DNA from: Podarcis erhardii
Lineage: Eukaryota
Strand: one strand, 5' to 3'
DNA: 64,000 nucleotides
NCBI GenBank assembly: GCA_964252035.1
Contig: OZ176210.1
The number at the start of each line of letters is the position of its first letter. Position 1 is the stretch's first letter. Position numbers and translations under genes: made by a program. The notes under the pieces are model-generated. The model ran no database searches, was not told where the DNA came from, and saw nothing but the letters and a program-made list of their open reading frames with translations. Shown here piece after piece: positions 48,687 to 61,785 of the stretch.

Positions 48687-48790
48687 CAGGGGTGGCTAAC
48701 CTGTGGACCTCCTGATGATGTGGGACTCCCAACTCCCTCCAGCCACTGCCAGAATAGCCAATAGCAAGGGCGGTGAGATATGTAGTTTCG
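48687..48790. mobile_element. Partial hAT-like MITE
   Basis: caggggtggctaacctgtgg left end and gggactcccaactccc core like 6678/16214; right end not found. Confidence 0.5.
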
Positions 48791-49625
48791 CAACTGGTTA
48801 GTAACCCTGTGTTTGAGAGGTGCTTTTGTCATGAAGTATCCACAGCGTTCTTCACAAGGGCAGCCAGTTATTTAAGAGGGAGCATCTGGCAGAACGAAGC
48901 GTGGGAAGTGCCACAAGTTGTGAGCCAAAGAGGTCACAGAATCATGTTCAACTCCCACAGGTTTCAACAGATTAAAAAGACATATGTTCAGGATTCCAGC
49001 CTAGGTAAATTATATTTCCAAATGAATTGTCATTTTATAAAACTAATCTGCTACAAATGAAAAGCCTGCGAAAAACAAAAACAACCATGGGAAGGTTTAC
49101 CAATTACTGCATGGAGTCAAGGCAGTGTACAGTCATCTGCATGTGTACTGGAGCTCTTTAGGACTGCTCTTCTTACTTGCGTCCCCTGAAAAATCACTCC
49201 TCAAGCTTAGGGGGGACTTTTGGGAGAACTGTTCAATGAGGCCCGAGGCACCATGGCCTTCTGAAAAGCAGGATCTCCCACCCTTCATGGAAACGCTTGG
49301 CAGGCAGGCAGGCACAGGCCTCTTGGGATCCCAGTCTATAAAATGAGCAATTTAGAGATCCAGGCTTTCTTTCGTTTTGCCAAACTTCTTAGGACTCAAA
49401 CCTGCATTGCAAATTAAGCTTTCCAGCTGAACTTTCTTGAAACAGTCTGTTAATTAAATGGAAGTAAGATAATACTGCTCTGTTTTCCCCAACCTGGAAT
49501 ACATTAGCCACAACTAAGATTAACCATAAAAGTTTGTTGCATTATAGGATAAAGTATTGGCCCTTAATACAGTTTGCTATCTAAACCAGCATACACATAC
49601 AACTTGCTCAATTTTACTTAATGTA

Positions 49626-49793
49626 CAGTATTTTTCTGTCTATAAGATGCCCCCCCATGTATAAGACGCCCCCTATTTTGGGGACTCCGATTTAAGAAAA
49701 TGGGGGGAGACGGCCCCCATGTATAAGATGCCCCTAAATATTGGACATTATTTTTAAGGGGAAAAACCTAGTCTTATACACGGAAAAATACGG
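49626..49793. mobile_element. Tc1/mariner-type MITE
   Basis: TA|CAGTATTTTTCTGTCTATAAGA...GTCTTATACACGGAAAAATACGG|TA; internal repeats of gtataagaYgcccc. Confidence 0.8.
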
Positions 49794-50713
49794 TAGTTTA
49801 AATTTGGAATTACCCCCATAACCACCCCCTTCTTTGCTCACTGTCACAAAGCCTTTAGAAGCAATGTACCTCGTGGATTCAAAGGACAGGGGAAATGCCA
49901 ATTTCTGACAGTTTCCCACTACAACAATAGTTCCAAATGGTGGTTTAAATCTGTTAGTTATTTTAAGCATGAGCATTACAGAGATTAATAGAACAGTATT
50001 ACTGGCATCTTCCAATGAAAGGTGCTCATTTTCTGCCCTACAAGGAAGCACAAAATGCTGCAATTAACATGGGTCTGCCACCAAAGATGGCAGGCCAGTG
50101 TAAAGTTCCTCCTCCTTCACAACATGTAGTGCATATTATTCCATTTCCCAGCATCTTACTATGAATTTCCTCACATCACATTTGCTGCCGTTGGTGTAGA
50201 AATACAGTGGACAAAGGGTGAGTTGTATTACAGATGTGGAACTGCAATGTGTACTGAGGTAATTGGGAAACTAACATTCTCTTTTGCGCAATGCATTCTC
50301 CCTCTAGGGAGAACATTAAAAACCCAAAACCAAACACTCACCACATTATGCACAAAATGGGCCACATCACTCTACTCTGAATTCACTCTTATCTCTAACA
50401 AGAAGTTACGAAACACCTGCTTTGTTATCAAATCTGGAACCCTCCGGTTATGAAACATGGAAGTCTAGCGCCAGCTTCCGATTCACATAAAGATTACAGG
50501 TTAAGATCTGTACTTCAGCTGACTGGAGGATGGGGGACCAATGCAAACACCAACCAACAGCATAACCTTGCACAACTATTATCCTGAATGAAATACAGGA
50601 TTAATATATCACTACAGTAACTACTGTTGGAGGAAAGTTAAAATTAAAGAGCAGTATTTCACATTATGCTCTTTATACACCTTTAGCAATATTCTTGTCA
50701 GAGATCAAGATAC

Positions 50714-50839
50714 CTTAAGAAGTTGTTTTCCAATTGTTGGGCTCATCTTTTCATCCACCATCAGAATAACTATTCCCCTATCATCCATGCCTCGACGTCC
50801 GGCACGACCAGACATCTGAATATATTCACCGGAGGTGAT
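50714..50839 (-). CDS. MTREX: MTREX exon 15 (helicase motif VI)
   Basis: ctttcag|ATC ACC...AAG|gtatct; 126 nt; [42 protein letters not shown]. Confidence 0.97.
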
Positions 50840-51317
50840 CTGAAAGAATAACAGAATTAGACAAAGAGGCATATGTGCAAAAAGAAGGCAAGGCTCTCAG
50901 TCCAAATGGGAGGGAAGCTACATGAGGGATGAGGCAGGAGGAGGGGATACAAAGGCTGAGTAAGAAGCTATATTTTTAAAGCATTTTTTGCATATAGGAA
51001 GTGATAGTGCCAACAGTATTTCAGTATTCCAAAAGTAAGGTTACTAACAGAGAGAAGGGAGGCAACAACAGGAAAACTGAAGCAGACTGGTGAAACAAAG
51101 TGTGCGTATAAAAAAATAAACGGAAGGCAAAATCCAAGCAACAACATGTAAATGTTTGGAGACAATGTCTTTAGAATCAGCAACAAAGAAAACCCTGAAA
51201 TTAAGCTCAGAATGCTAATGGTAGCTTTCTGTACTCACGACTGATGGGTCATAAACTTAAGTGACTTCAGCTATGTGTTGCAGCATTTTGCTTATCTAGC
51301 ATGTTGTATCTGCTTAC

Positions 51318-51419
51318 CCATCGGAAATCCTTCCCATCAAACTTTCGGGCACTTGTGAACAGCACTGTTCTTGCCGGCATGTTTATTCCCATAGCAAAAG
51401 TCTCAGTTGCAAATAAGGC
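51318..51419 (-). CDS. MTREX: MTREX exon 14 (helicase motif V)
   Basis: ccgtag|GCC TTA...TGG|gtaagc; 102 nt; [34 protein letters not shown]. Confidence 0.97.
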
Positions 51420-52156
51420 CTACGGAAGCAAAGCTATGAATAAGAACAAAGTAACTCTGTTTTGGAACATGAGATGAAGAAGACTGAACTAAATTTCCCT
51501 GCATTTGGATGGTCTATAACCCAAATTCAGAATAAAGCTAGGCAACTGAAGGCTCAGGGGCAACCGGCTTCCAGACGTTTACTACCTGACCAACGAACTA
51601 CCTCTGATCCCAAGGATATATCTTTATTAGCCATGCCCTTCTGTATCAGAACAGTAACAGGCAGAGGGCTCTTTAAGCTATTCTGTAGCATGGGCAACAA
51701 AGAAAGATAGAGGTGTCTGTTAGTTAGCAGCTGGCTTGAATGTGAGAAAGTCGCAAAAATTAAGTGAAAGGATCTGTCAAAAATTCTCTTGCTCCTCAAG
51801 TCAAGGAGGAAGTTGTAGAAAAACACTTGATTCTTACAGTGTTTGTCAGCAAGAATGTTCCTTCAGCTGTCACTCAACTCATGCCTTTGGCCCCTTTGCA
51901 ATATTTGCTGCTGAGTAGGACCTTACAATATTGCACACATTAGTTTAGAGATAAATGCCCTGTCCATATGACTGCATCACAAAACCCAGCAATTAACAGC
52001 TAAAAAGCTCATAAGAAGCATTTTATGAAGGAATTTGCTGTGGTTTTTAATTTATAATCTGGTGTTTCATGGTGCATTCTGTGGTGACAAAGATCCAATG
52101 TGTAAGGACACTCATAAACTGAAGGAAATTACCAATATATGCCTAATGGTACATAC

Positions 52157-52267
52157 CTTGATCAATCCTTCAGAGAAAAGTATTTCTATGGTTTCCTTTA
52201 GAATAGGAAGCAACCCCCCATGGTGGATTCCAATGCCTCGCTTCAAAAGTGGAAGAACATGCTCAAC
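52157..52267 (-). CDS. MTREX: MTREX exon 13
   Basis: ttttcag|GTT GAG...AAG|gtatgt; 111 nt; [37 protein letters not shown]. Confidence 0.97.
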
Positions 52268-52815
52268 CTGAAAACAAATATGGATCACATATTTCACCCA
52301 CAAAAGGAGGGATCAAACCTAATTACATAGATTTATCAGGCTTGTAAGTAGTCACTTGCCTAACTGCTTGTTCCAAGTATTTTCTCCAGGCTAACTGAAA
52401 GGAGGATTTACAAAGACTGGCTATTATTATTATTTTGAGTCCACAGATCACTAATTTAGGCATGTGTGGCTACATGAAATTCAATTTCAGTGAGCATGTA
52501 TTCATGGATTTCCTTGTAAGTCTAAAAGAGAGCATTCTAAGAGTCAACTCTTACATCCGTTGAACACATCATCAGAACTTTGCTTTCCAAGGCAACAAAG
52601 TTTTGTCTACATTGCCTAGGATTCCAGTCAGGCCATTCAACTTGATAAATAAGTTTAGAAAAATAAAGTGCTCTATGAATGTTAAGATGGAAACAGATGT
52701 TGGACATTACTTTTTGGTGGCCATGTAGCATAAACTCACTTTAATGTCCCACTTTCAAAATGCACAATAATGCCCTGAGAATTCTGAACAGTCTTAATTA
52801 TCCTTAAGCACTCAC

Positions 52816-52895
52816 TTGAGGAAGTTTTTTGTCTTCATCAGACAAACAGTCAATTGCATTATTAAACACTTCTTCAACCATCCTTTTTTCTTCAT
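52816..52895 (-). CDS. MTREX: MTREX exon 12
   Basis: tttcag|AT GAA...CAA|gtgagt; 80 nt; EEKRMVEEVFNNAIDCLSDEDKKLPQ. Confidence 0.95.
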
Positions 52896-53956
52896 CTGAA
52901 AAAAGGAAAAATCTCTGCATAAACATTTTTGTTCTATATATAAAAAATCATGCTTGTAACCCAAAGGATATAAAAGTACCATAAAAAAGCCCACTAAAAA
53001 AAGTTCTCTGTACAAAATAACTTGACTCATAAATAGTAATGGGGATGTGGGATAAATTGGTAAGATGTTTCTCTTGCCATGTTACACAGCTCAGAGGCCT
53101 CTCTGGGTTCTTTAAAGAACCCTCAACACCACACCCATTATAGAATTGTAAATACAGGCAACATAAATAAGTCAGATTCTGGCACTTTTAATAAGTTTAT
53201 ATAATAATTCATTAAATGTTAATTATACGTAACAAGAACATACAAAAATTCTGGGATCGACTTTTTTTCATCTGTCAAACAATGAAATGTTGGAGAAATC
53301 GTTAAAGAATTGGCAGATTACTTTTGTCTTCTGCAGTCCAGCGTTTGGTGGCAAAAGAGCTCTCCGGGGAGCATGACACATATAACTCTTACTGTGGAAA
53401 ATTGGCTCAACAGCAGTGTGCTCTTGCAATGCTCCAAGCACACAAAGAGATTCAAACTGTAATTAGTTTATTTAAATAAAATTTTATGAGTAAAGTGCAG
53501 AAATTAAAAAGACAATTTTATTTTGCAAACTGTACTACTGTGAAAACAGACACAGCATTCTTGCAAAAAACACTGTCATGTTGCGTGCCGAAATCCACAG
53601 TAACAGGATCTGAACTCTGTGAGTCAAGGGGACTAGTTTCTGTCTTAAACAGCAGTTCCATATTCTACAAAGCAAACTGCTTTTGAATCAGAGGAAGTCT
53701 CAAAAGCCATGTTTTTGAAATAAAAAGGGTTAGCACACAACACTTGACTTGAGACGAAGTGTTGTGTGCAACTAAGTTATACTCAGAAGAGACCTATTGA
53801 AATGAAGGGACCTATGCTTATAATAGACATTCATTTTAATGAGTCCATTCTAAGAGGAATTTTCTAAGATGAATACAACCATAAGCAGCTTAGATCTTGG
53901 TCGTTGTTAAGTAAACCATCTATTAGAAGTATATGCAGGAAGAAGTTAGTACACAC

Positions 53957-54088
53957 CTGTATTGAAGTCCAGTTTTGTCATTTGAAGAGCATACGCTTCA
54001 CAATCTTTCTTACTGAAACTGAATATAATTACTGGTTGAAAGTTTCTTTCCATTATCATCTTTACAATCTTAAAAACATTTGACGGAC
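53957..54088 (-). CDS. MTREX: MTREX exon 11
   Basis: ttcgtag|GT CCG...ACA G|gtgtgt; 132 nt; [43 protein letters not shown]. Confidence 0.96.
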
Positions 54089-54224
54089 CTACGAAGACAG
54101 CACAGTCAGAAATAAGTATAAATGTTGTGGAAGGATGGGAGGCAGAATATATTAATTTTTACTGCTGTAAGTGCAGTAGCTGCTTATCTCACAACACATT
54201 TTACACTGGAATGTTAATACCCAC

Positions 54225-54327
54225 CTTTTGTTCCTCCTTTTCTGCCTTTTTGGTCCCCTTTAGCTAAGTCACCTGCATCTCGAAGGACTTGCATGGCCGT
54301 GTTAAAATTATCTTCTCTAAAATCACC
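54225..54327 (-). CDS. MTREX: MTREX exon 10
   Basis: ccccag|GGT GAT...AAA G|gtgggt; 103 nt; GDFREDNFNTAMQVLRDAGDLAKGDQKGRKGGTK. Confidence 0.96.
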
Positions 54328-55048
54328 CTGGGGGAGGGAAAGTGAACTTTATTGACATGTAAACACCACCATCCAAATGCAAGAGGTGTCACCAGGTTCA
54401 GAGAAATCCCAAGGTTTGCAGAAGTACAAAAAGTCCACCTCAGAAAAAAAGTCCATGAACAGGGGAACAACCCAAAACAGCCCAATGAGCACTGAGCATG
54501 TGCAGTAGCCACCATATCCCAAGAGGCTGTTGGAAGAGAAAGTTGGAAAACCTCATCCCAAAGAAACTAGAAAACCCTGTATTTTAAAAATCACAGCATA
54601 ACTTACACAACAGCACAGCTCCCTAGAGCAGTGTTCCCCAACCTGTGAGTCATTAACTGCAAGCAGGATTCAGGCTTTATAAGGAAATCCAACATAATGA
54701 CTGCTTTTAGTCCTTAATGTCCTTAAATGTCATGATGATACAACTTGGTTTTGATGGCACATTATAATGTGCTGTTGACGCTTGTAAAGTTGCTCTCTGG
54801 CGGCACATCCAGTGACAGCTCACTGTGCGAGGGCCTTGTGGCAAACCAAGTTAGTTAATAGCTTAATCAAGGGTGATTTGAAGTTTGCTTAGTCAAAATT
54901 TGTCCAATGCTTTTCTGCGGAGAAGCTTGAGTGGATGTGAAACCCATTTGTAACTGATGTTACAAAGTTGTCTTTATAAAAAGAACAACTCATTGAGCTG
55001 TCATGTGATAGGACCCTCAATTACGGTAATTTTTTTTAGATGTGAGGT

Positions 55049-55134
55049 AATAAATAAATAAATAAATAAACAAATAAATAAATAAAGAAAACCATGCCCA
55101 TCTGGCTGGGTTTCCCCAACCACTCTGAGCAGCT
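55049..55134 (-). mobile_element. L2 3' terminus with (AAAT)n tail
   Basis: catgcccatctggctgggtttccccaaccactctgagcagc matches the 17953 and 58301 tails; AAAT array at 55049-55086. Confidence 0.72.
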
Positions 55135-56364
55135 GAATTATCTGAATTTTGGCTTCATGTTAACAAAACTACTGAATACCCTGATCTTGCTGATGGAGTA
55201 ACACCTGTGATGCTGCCATTTGGTAGTGCATATCTTTGCAAAGCAGGGTTTCCAGCAATGACTGCTATGAAGATGAAATACAGTAGCAGGCTATGTGTTA
55301 ATAATGATCTGAGGCTTTGTCTGACAATCATCTAACACCATATTGACCTACTCATTGGCAAAATGCAAGCTCAGCCATCCTACTCATGCATGCCAAAATA
55401 GCCCATTCACAGTTTGTTATAACTAACGCTGTTTGTGAAACTCTATGTTTTTGGAATAAATTTTTAATAGCTGATGCAATCAATGATTGGCGTTCCTACA
55501 TTCCCATAAAAACTGTGATTGCCTTTGCAAGTACTATCAATCTTTCAACAAAATTTCACATTAATATGGGTGCTGAGTAAAGTTTTGCTTGTGTTACTCA
55601 AGTAATGGTTATAAAATAGGCAAGCTTGTCATTAAAATACATGAAACTGATGGTTGTCGAAGACCCTAGCTCCAAAATTCATGTGACTATAAAGCAATGG
55701 GTCACTATTCCAAGTAAATTTGGACTTGTGGTCACCATGCTGAAAAGGTTTGGAACTGTTGCCCTAGAGACCCAGGGCAGTTACAATGAAAATGTATCAT
55801 ACACTCAAGAGGCTGAAACACTATCATTATTATTATTTTAAAAAACCTTAACAAAGAATTCAGCCTAAATAAGAAAATATGATCTAATATTTAAGGAGCC
55901 CCACACTGTAGGATTATTTGATACAAAAATTTTCCAAACTAAACCAAAGACTCTCTCTATATCCTAATAGAGGAAGTCGTTTTCCTAGCACTGATCCCTA
56001 CCAACCAGGCAGAAGAGGGAGTTATTAGCAAGCCTGGAGGAATCTCAAGATTTTCAAAACACAAAAATATTTTCAGCTTTCTGCTCTTCTATGCTGCATG
56101 GCAAATCATTTTGGAAACTAGGAGGGGTATTCAAAAGCAGACTTTGCTATGACACAAGGTTTATGTGCCATAGATGCACATATGACACAAGTTTATGCTT
56201 ATGGCTCAGTATCTGCTGTTCAATTTAAAAAGTATCAAATATTGTAGTGGGCTTTCACAAACCTTTGGATGTGCCTACTGGCCCTTATTCTTCACCCCAC
56301 ATCTTTTTTTGCATTTAACATTACAAGTACAGGCATCACCAAAATCAACTGAACAATTCCTTAC

Positions 56365-56463
56365 ATTTTCATCAACTACAAGATGGAGTCCATCTCCCCC
56401 TGCTGGGAAGATATAATGTTGCAGCGGAGTGGGTCGATAATCTGTGTAAATCACATGACAAGG
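56365..56463 (-). CDS. MTREX: MTREX exon 9
   Basis: cttccag|CCT TGT...AAT|gtaagg; 99 nt; [33 protein letters not shown]. Confidence 0.97.
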
Positions 56464-56902
56464 CTGGAAGAGAGAAACCCAATATTTACAAAATGTATAG
56501 TGCCTTTATAAGCAGTACACAGTGTATTAGACATGTTCAACCTCTATATTACAACCAGCTGAGCTAGGTTACTAATACAGGCTTCTCAACAAGATGAATG
56601 ACTCCCTTCCTGTGAAGGCAAGCTCAGTCACAGGATCTGCCCATTACTTGAAGTCAGGGACAATTCTTGGTTCAGACATTAAGTAAAAGTGAAATAAAAA
56701 GCTTCTGAACTCCTCCAAGGGGGCAGGGGGTGGTGTATGCAAGCCAGGAGGAGGTTGGGCTCATTCACATAGCCCAAACCACAGTTTAACATCCAAATGA
56801 AGTCACTGAATTAACTAGAAACTTCTAAGGCATCATTCTCTAGAAATCACTGCCTTCTAATGCAGTATGATTCCAAAAGTTATTTCACATATAGAACTTT
56901 AC

Positions 56903-57027
56903 CTGTTTGTGAAGATGGCATATCCATTCAGCAAACTGGCGTGCATTTGGAATAGTGGCAGAAAGGAACACATAGTGAACGTTGTCTGGGAGTAAAATGA
57001 TGGTTTCCTCCCATACCACACCACGTT
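56903..57027 (-). CDS. MTREX: MTREX exon 8 (motif III, SAT)
   Basis: tttctag|AA CGT...CAG|gtaaag; 125 nt; [41 protein letters not shown]. Confidence 0.97.
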
Positions 57028-57135
57028 CTAGAAACAGAAAACCCACAGGAAACGTTGTAAGACAGCACACCATCACATATTTCCATCTGGTTTCTGCATG
57101 TATGAATCCATACACAATTAGCAAAAATGCAATAC

Positions 57136-57226
57136 CTGAATCCCTCATGTAATGAATTTCATCAAATATAACCCAAGCAACTTCACGCATGACCTCAGAA
57201 CCTCTGTAAAGCATACTTCTCAAAAT
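57136..57226 (-). CDS. MTREX: MTREX exon 7 (motif II, DEIH)
   Basis: ttttag|ATT TTG...TCA G|gtattg; 91 nt; [30 protein letters not shown]. Confidence 0.97.
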
Positions 57227-58300
57227 CTAAAAAGAAAAAGAAATTTCAATTAGGAAAGAAGACTGTGACAAGGTCACTGCCATAATTCACCTTCAGCCCA
57301 CAGAACAATGCATATAATGATTTATAAACAGAAATAAATACATTGGCCAAAATCTAAGCACTATTTACAAATAACACTGTGATGCAAGATTTCTTTAAGG
57401 CCCAGGATCCAAAGTGAAATTTCATGAATCCTTTACTTATAAAGGATTGCAACTGCTGTGAGTGCTGGAAAGAAGCCTGCACCCTCCTGCAAGTCCCATT
57501 TCCACCTGGTCTAGGAGGCGGGGCCCAGACTCACAGCCACTGGGACATTGCTGGAAGAACTCTTGGGTTGGGGCAACCGGCTAAAAAGGTTTACAATGTT
57601 TTAAAGGGTTCTAATTTTGGTTCCTATGTTTTGTTTTTGTCGGGTTGGGGTTGGTTAAATGTTTAGTTGGGGCTGACGGTTATTTTAAGTTGGGTATAAC
57701 TGTAAACTGTTATTATTGTTATCATCATAATCAGCTTTTATTGTGCTAGCCATAGGCCATGGCATCATTCAGAAAAATAACAAAAGGAAAAACAGCAATA
57801 AACATAAAAATCATCAGGCACCACACATACAATATAAACCATGGTCACAACTACTAAGATTGTTTGTTGCATAAAATAGAATAGCAAAAGATTCTCTAGT
57901 AAAATGTGCCAAATTAAATATCCGAATCCCCTTTGCAGTTGACCGCTATTTTATCTAGTTCTTTCCTCCTGATCTTCTTAGCTGCCAACGCATAGAGTGC
58001 TACTTTATAAGTTACAAAGTCATCAGTATCCCTCAGCAGCCATTTCACCCTTTTCACCCTATTCAAGTGAGTTCCATTCGGAAACGGGTTTTATGAATCG
58101 GTCTCGTGGGTCTATATATAACGGGCACTGCAATAAATAGTGGCACAGGTCCTCCACACAGGGTTGCCCACACAGACAAAGTCTCTCTTCATAATGTACT
58201 TAATTGTTATTATTTTTGTTATTATTGGTTTCTATTGATTTGTTTGTTGCTTGTAAAGGATATTCTCTTTTTTTATGTTTTGTTGTATTTTTATATATAT

Positions 58301-58352
58301 TGTAAGTCGCCCAGAGTGGCTGGGGAAACCCAGCCGGATGGGCGGGATATAA
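58301..58352 (+). mobile_element. L2 3' terminus
   Basis: tgtaagtcgcccagagtggctggggaaacccagccggatgggcgggatataa, preceded by an AT-rich 3'UTR-like stretch. Confidence 0.75.
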
Positions 58353-58380
58353 ATTTTAAAAATTATATTATTAATTATTA

Positions 58381-58606
58381 CAGTGGAACCTTAGTTCTCA
58401 AATGGCTTAGTTGATGAACAAATCGGCTCCCGAACACCAAAAACCTGGAAGTAAATGTTCCGGTTTTCAAAAGTTTTTCAGAAGCCGAATGTCTGATGAG
58501 GCTGTCGGCTATTGTTTCCAAGGTCCCTGTGCCAATCGGAAGCTGCACCTTGGTTTTCAAACATTTTGGGAGTCTCAGATTACGTTCGAGAACCAAGATT
58601 CCATTG
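58381..58606. mobile_element. Tc1/mariner (Tigger-like) MITE
   Basis: TA|CAGTGGAACCTTAGTTCTC...GAGAACCAAGATTCCATTG|TA; TA TSD. Confidence 0.82.
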
Positions 58607-58918
58607 TATAATAAAAAAATAGTTGCTATATGGGAACTTAAGACTATAGACAAGGAAAGCTGCAATGACAGAGGGAAGTTAAAATGGTTCAGCATAGTAT
58701 ATTGACTTTTCATAGTTATTTTTGCTATAGACAACTATTTGTTTTATCTTCAATAACACAAATTGGGTATTGCACGCTGCAATTCTAAACACACTTACTA
58801 AAGAGTAAGCCCCATTGAACACAGTGGGACTGATTTCTTCGTAAACATAAATATGAGCCACCAACACTCCAGCAGAGCAAACCAGTGTCAGGACAGGATA
58901 ACTCCTAGACAAACCTAC

Positions 58919-59093
58919 CTCCGTTGTCATTACAAGACAAGATGCTGTCGGATTGATGGTGACATCCCCTGTCATCAGACCAACATCTTGAAATTCTTCA
59001 TACATCTCACGATATTTTTGGTTACTGAGAGCTTTGATGGGACTAGTAAATATCACACGCTGTTTTTCCCTTAAAGCCAAAGCGATGGCATAC
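58919..59093 (-). CDS. MTREX: MTREX exon 6
   Basis: cctgcag|G TAT GCC...GAG|gtaggt; 175 nt; [58 protein letters not shown]. Confidence 0.97.
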
Positions 59094-59950
59094 CTGCAGG
59101 GCATATGCGATTCAGCATTCATTAAAAGCAAAGATACTTCAAAACACTTTTCATTGCTATTAGATCTATCAATAGATTTGTACAGGGGACACATTTAGAA
59201 ACAAGCTACAGGCTGAAATCCAATAAATGCAAATAGTAGTCCAGTCAATGTAAAACAGGAGAATGGATGAGAAAATCTCAAGCAGTCCAATTCCACACTC
59301 TTTGGTGTTTCTACAACCTGCTAGCAATCTGCCCCAAACACTTAACAGCCTAAGAACTGCAGATCTATAAAAATAAACAAGCGACACAAAGGATCAGATC
59401 CAGACTTTACCATCCTGAACAGAAAGTTGTCTTCTGTCCACAGAAAGCTTTTGACCCAGTAGAGGGATCCTGCTGGTGCTGGTGGGGAATTCTGTGATCC
59501 CCCCTCCCTCTACAACCTCCAATGCCACCCCAAGCCCTCCAAAACAGTGTGGGAGGTAATACTAGGGACTGGCAAAAATCACTTTCCCCTCCCTTCTACT
59601 GGCAGCCTTCCAAGAAAAAATCTTTTGGAAAACCGAATTAAGCTTTTCCAAGTGGTACAGCAAAACTAGTCATGCAAATAAAGAGTCAAGACACGGCCAG
59701 CACCCAACCTCTCTAGAGACTTTCCTACATCCCGATTCTCCCACACCTATTCATGTAGAGAAAGAATGCAACTGCCAACACCGTGAGCGACAAAACTGGA
59801 GAGGTGATATACAGATTTAAAAAGAAGCCCAAGATCACCTGGTTATCTGCAAGTGATTTTTTACTTTCCATCACTGAGTATTTTGGAAAAACTTACAATA
59901 AGCGCCCCCCCCCCCGCATTTATTTTTAAATTCATCTCAGAATTACTTAC

Positions 59951-60063
59951 TCTGCACACACAGTTTTCCCTGCTGATGTATGAGCAGACACCAGCACCGA
60001 CTGATTGTTATCCACACACAGAATAGCTTCTCTTTGAAAAGCATCAAGAATGAATGGATATTC
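59951..60063 (-). CDS. MTREX: MTREX exon 5 (Q motif and Walker A)
   Basis: ccccag|GAA TAT...GCA GA|gtaagt; 113 nt; [37 protein letters not shown]. Confidence 0.97.
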
Positions 60064-61159
60064 CTGGGGGGATAAAATCAACACATATACCTTAATTTTT
60101 GTCAAGTATCTTCGTAGAATGTAACTTTGTATTAAAATTTTAGAACAACTGATCATAAATCACTCCAATGTTTCTCCTGAATTCATTACAGAGTGGAGCC
60201 TTATTATTATTATTAGAATAGGCTTTTCACGTATGTACTTCAAACTCCAAAACATAGGAAACTGCACCCCTGATACTAATCCCCACAAGCTGGCACATTT
60301 CTGCAAACTGTCTTGACATTATAAACACTGTATATCTCATGGGATACTGAAATGAATACAACTGCTAAACTATGGAAACTGATATCCCAATGTATGATGG
60401 AAATTACACTTAAAAGATCATTGTGAAGAGAGCTTTGCCATCTTGCTTGTCTACATGGAATTTATGACTAGTGCAAATTGAAAAATAGAACACTTTTGAT
60501 AAACACATTATCGCTGCCTTAAAACCACCATCCTAAGACTTCTGTTGTCTGCTAACCTTCTTCTAAGAAGCTGCATTAATAGATTTTGCTATACTTCAAG
60601 TTAATGAAGAAACACACAAGAATGTGAATAAACACCTTCACCCAACCCATAAGCAAAGGAAATATCCCAATGCTAGAATGAGATCAAGAGTCCCAGCTAA
60701 TAATATTATTGCTATTCTCATTCCAGTGTTAAACTGAGCTTTCCAACCAACTTTAACAAAAAGGCTGGTCAAGTGAAAAGTCATAGGAAGCTGCCTTATA
60801 CAGAGTAAGACCACTGCTCCATCTAGTTCCATACTGTCTACTCTGACTGGCAGCAGCTCTCCAGGGTTTCTTAGCCTTATTTGCAGATTCCAGAGATTGA
60901 AACAAGGACCTTTACAATGAACTCTGGATAATGCTTTTGTCCAAAGTGCCTTGAGCAAACAGAGTGATTCACTGCATCATCTTTCTGCAACACTCAATAA
61001 GTATCAAACCAAATATGTTTAAGGCCATACAAGTAATCCCCACAGGAAATCTGGGGTGCAGTCATGTTATTAAATGTTAACCTGCTTGAACTACTTATAT
61101 ACCCAGCAGTTCCAGCCAGATATCCCTCCTGCATGTCCTGTAACATTCAAAACACAAAC

Positions 61160-61222
61160 CTTTGCAGCTTTTCCAGTTCTTGGCTTCAGGGCTATAAAAT
61201 CTTCATCTGCAGGAAGAGCAAC
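61160..61222 (-). CDS. MTREX: MTREX exon 4
   Basis: tttag|GTT GCT...AAG|gtttgt; 63 nt; VALPADEDFIALKPRTGKAAK. Confidence 0.93.
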
Positions 61223-61785
61223 CTAAATAAAAAATGTTTTAAATATTTACACTAGTATATGAAATTTATTAATTTCCTGCACATTTGCTACCTTTCAAAC
61301 CTGTACTCCTCTCCCACCACTGATCTTCTAAGACATTTTACAATTAGCAAAAAAAGCAAAGAACTGAATGAAGACACTGCTAAAACATTGCTCAGAAAGT
61401 ATGCTAGATTCTCCCTCAGTAACAAAGCTCCTAATGCCTTTGGGTTGTATCCAACAAAGTTGTTTAGTGCAATGAGAACTCCACTCCAACTTCTCTCCCC
61501 ACCCCCCTCCCAAACAGAATGGAGAAGCACAGGAAGAGAAGATGAAGTCCCAGTGCTCAGGTGGAAGTCCTTATACTAATGGGACAACTTTGTTGCATAG
61601 AACCCTTTGTTTCAGAAACAAACCTATCTCAAACAATTTCTTCATCAATAAACACTACCAATAGCAACTGCATCTATGCAATGCCAGTACAATACCTCTT
61701 TTTTAAAATAATAATAATTAACTTGTTATTTAACATCCTAGTTACTCCAGGTACATTTCAAATAAAAATGGTAACAATTATGATA

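Noticed and set aside
50705-50713. U12-type intron at the MTREX exon 15 donor
   Set aside because: GTATCTTGA departs from the GTATCCTT consensus and I saw no U12 branch site (TCCTTAAC) before exon 16.
52487-52575. Box C/D snoRNA in MTREX intron 12 (minus CTGATGA...CTGA)
   Set aside because: Box C is imperfect, the terminal stem is offset, and I recognise no rRNA/snRNA guide; a snoscan or Infernal search would be needed to revive it.
58679-59194. 171-aa standalone ORF
   Set aside because: It is MTREX exon 6 with in-frame intronic flanks.
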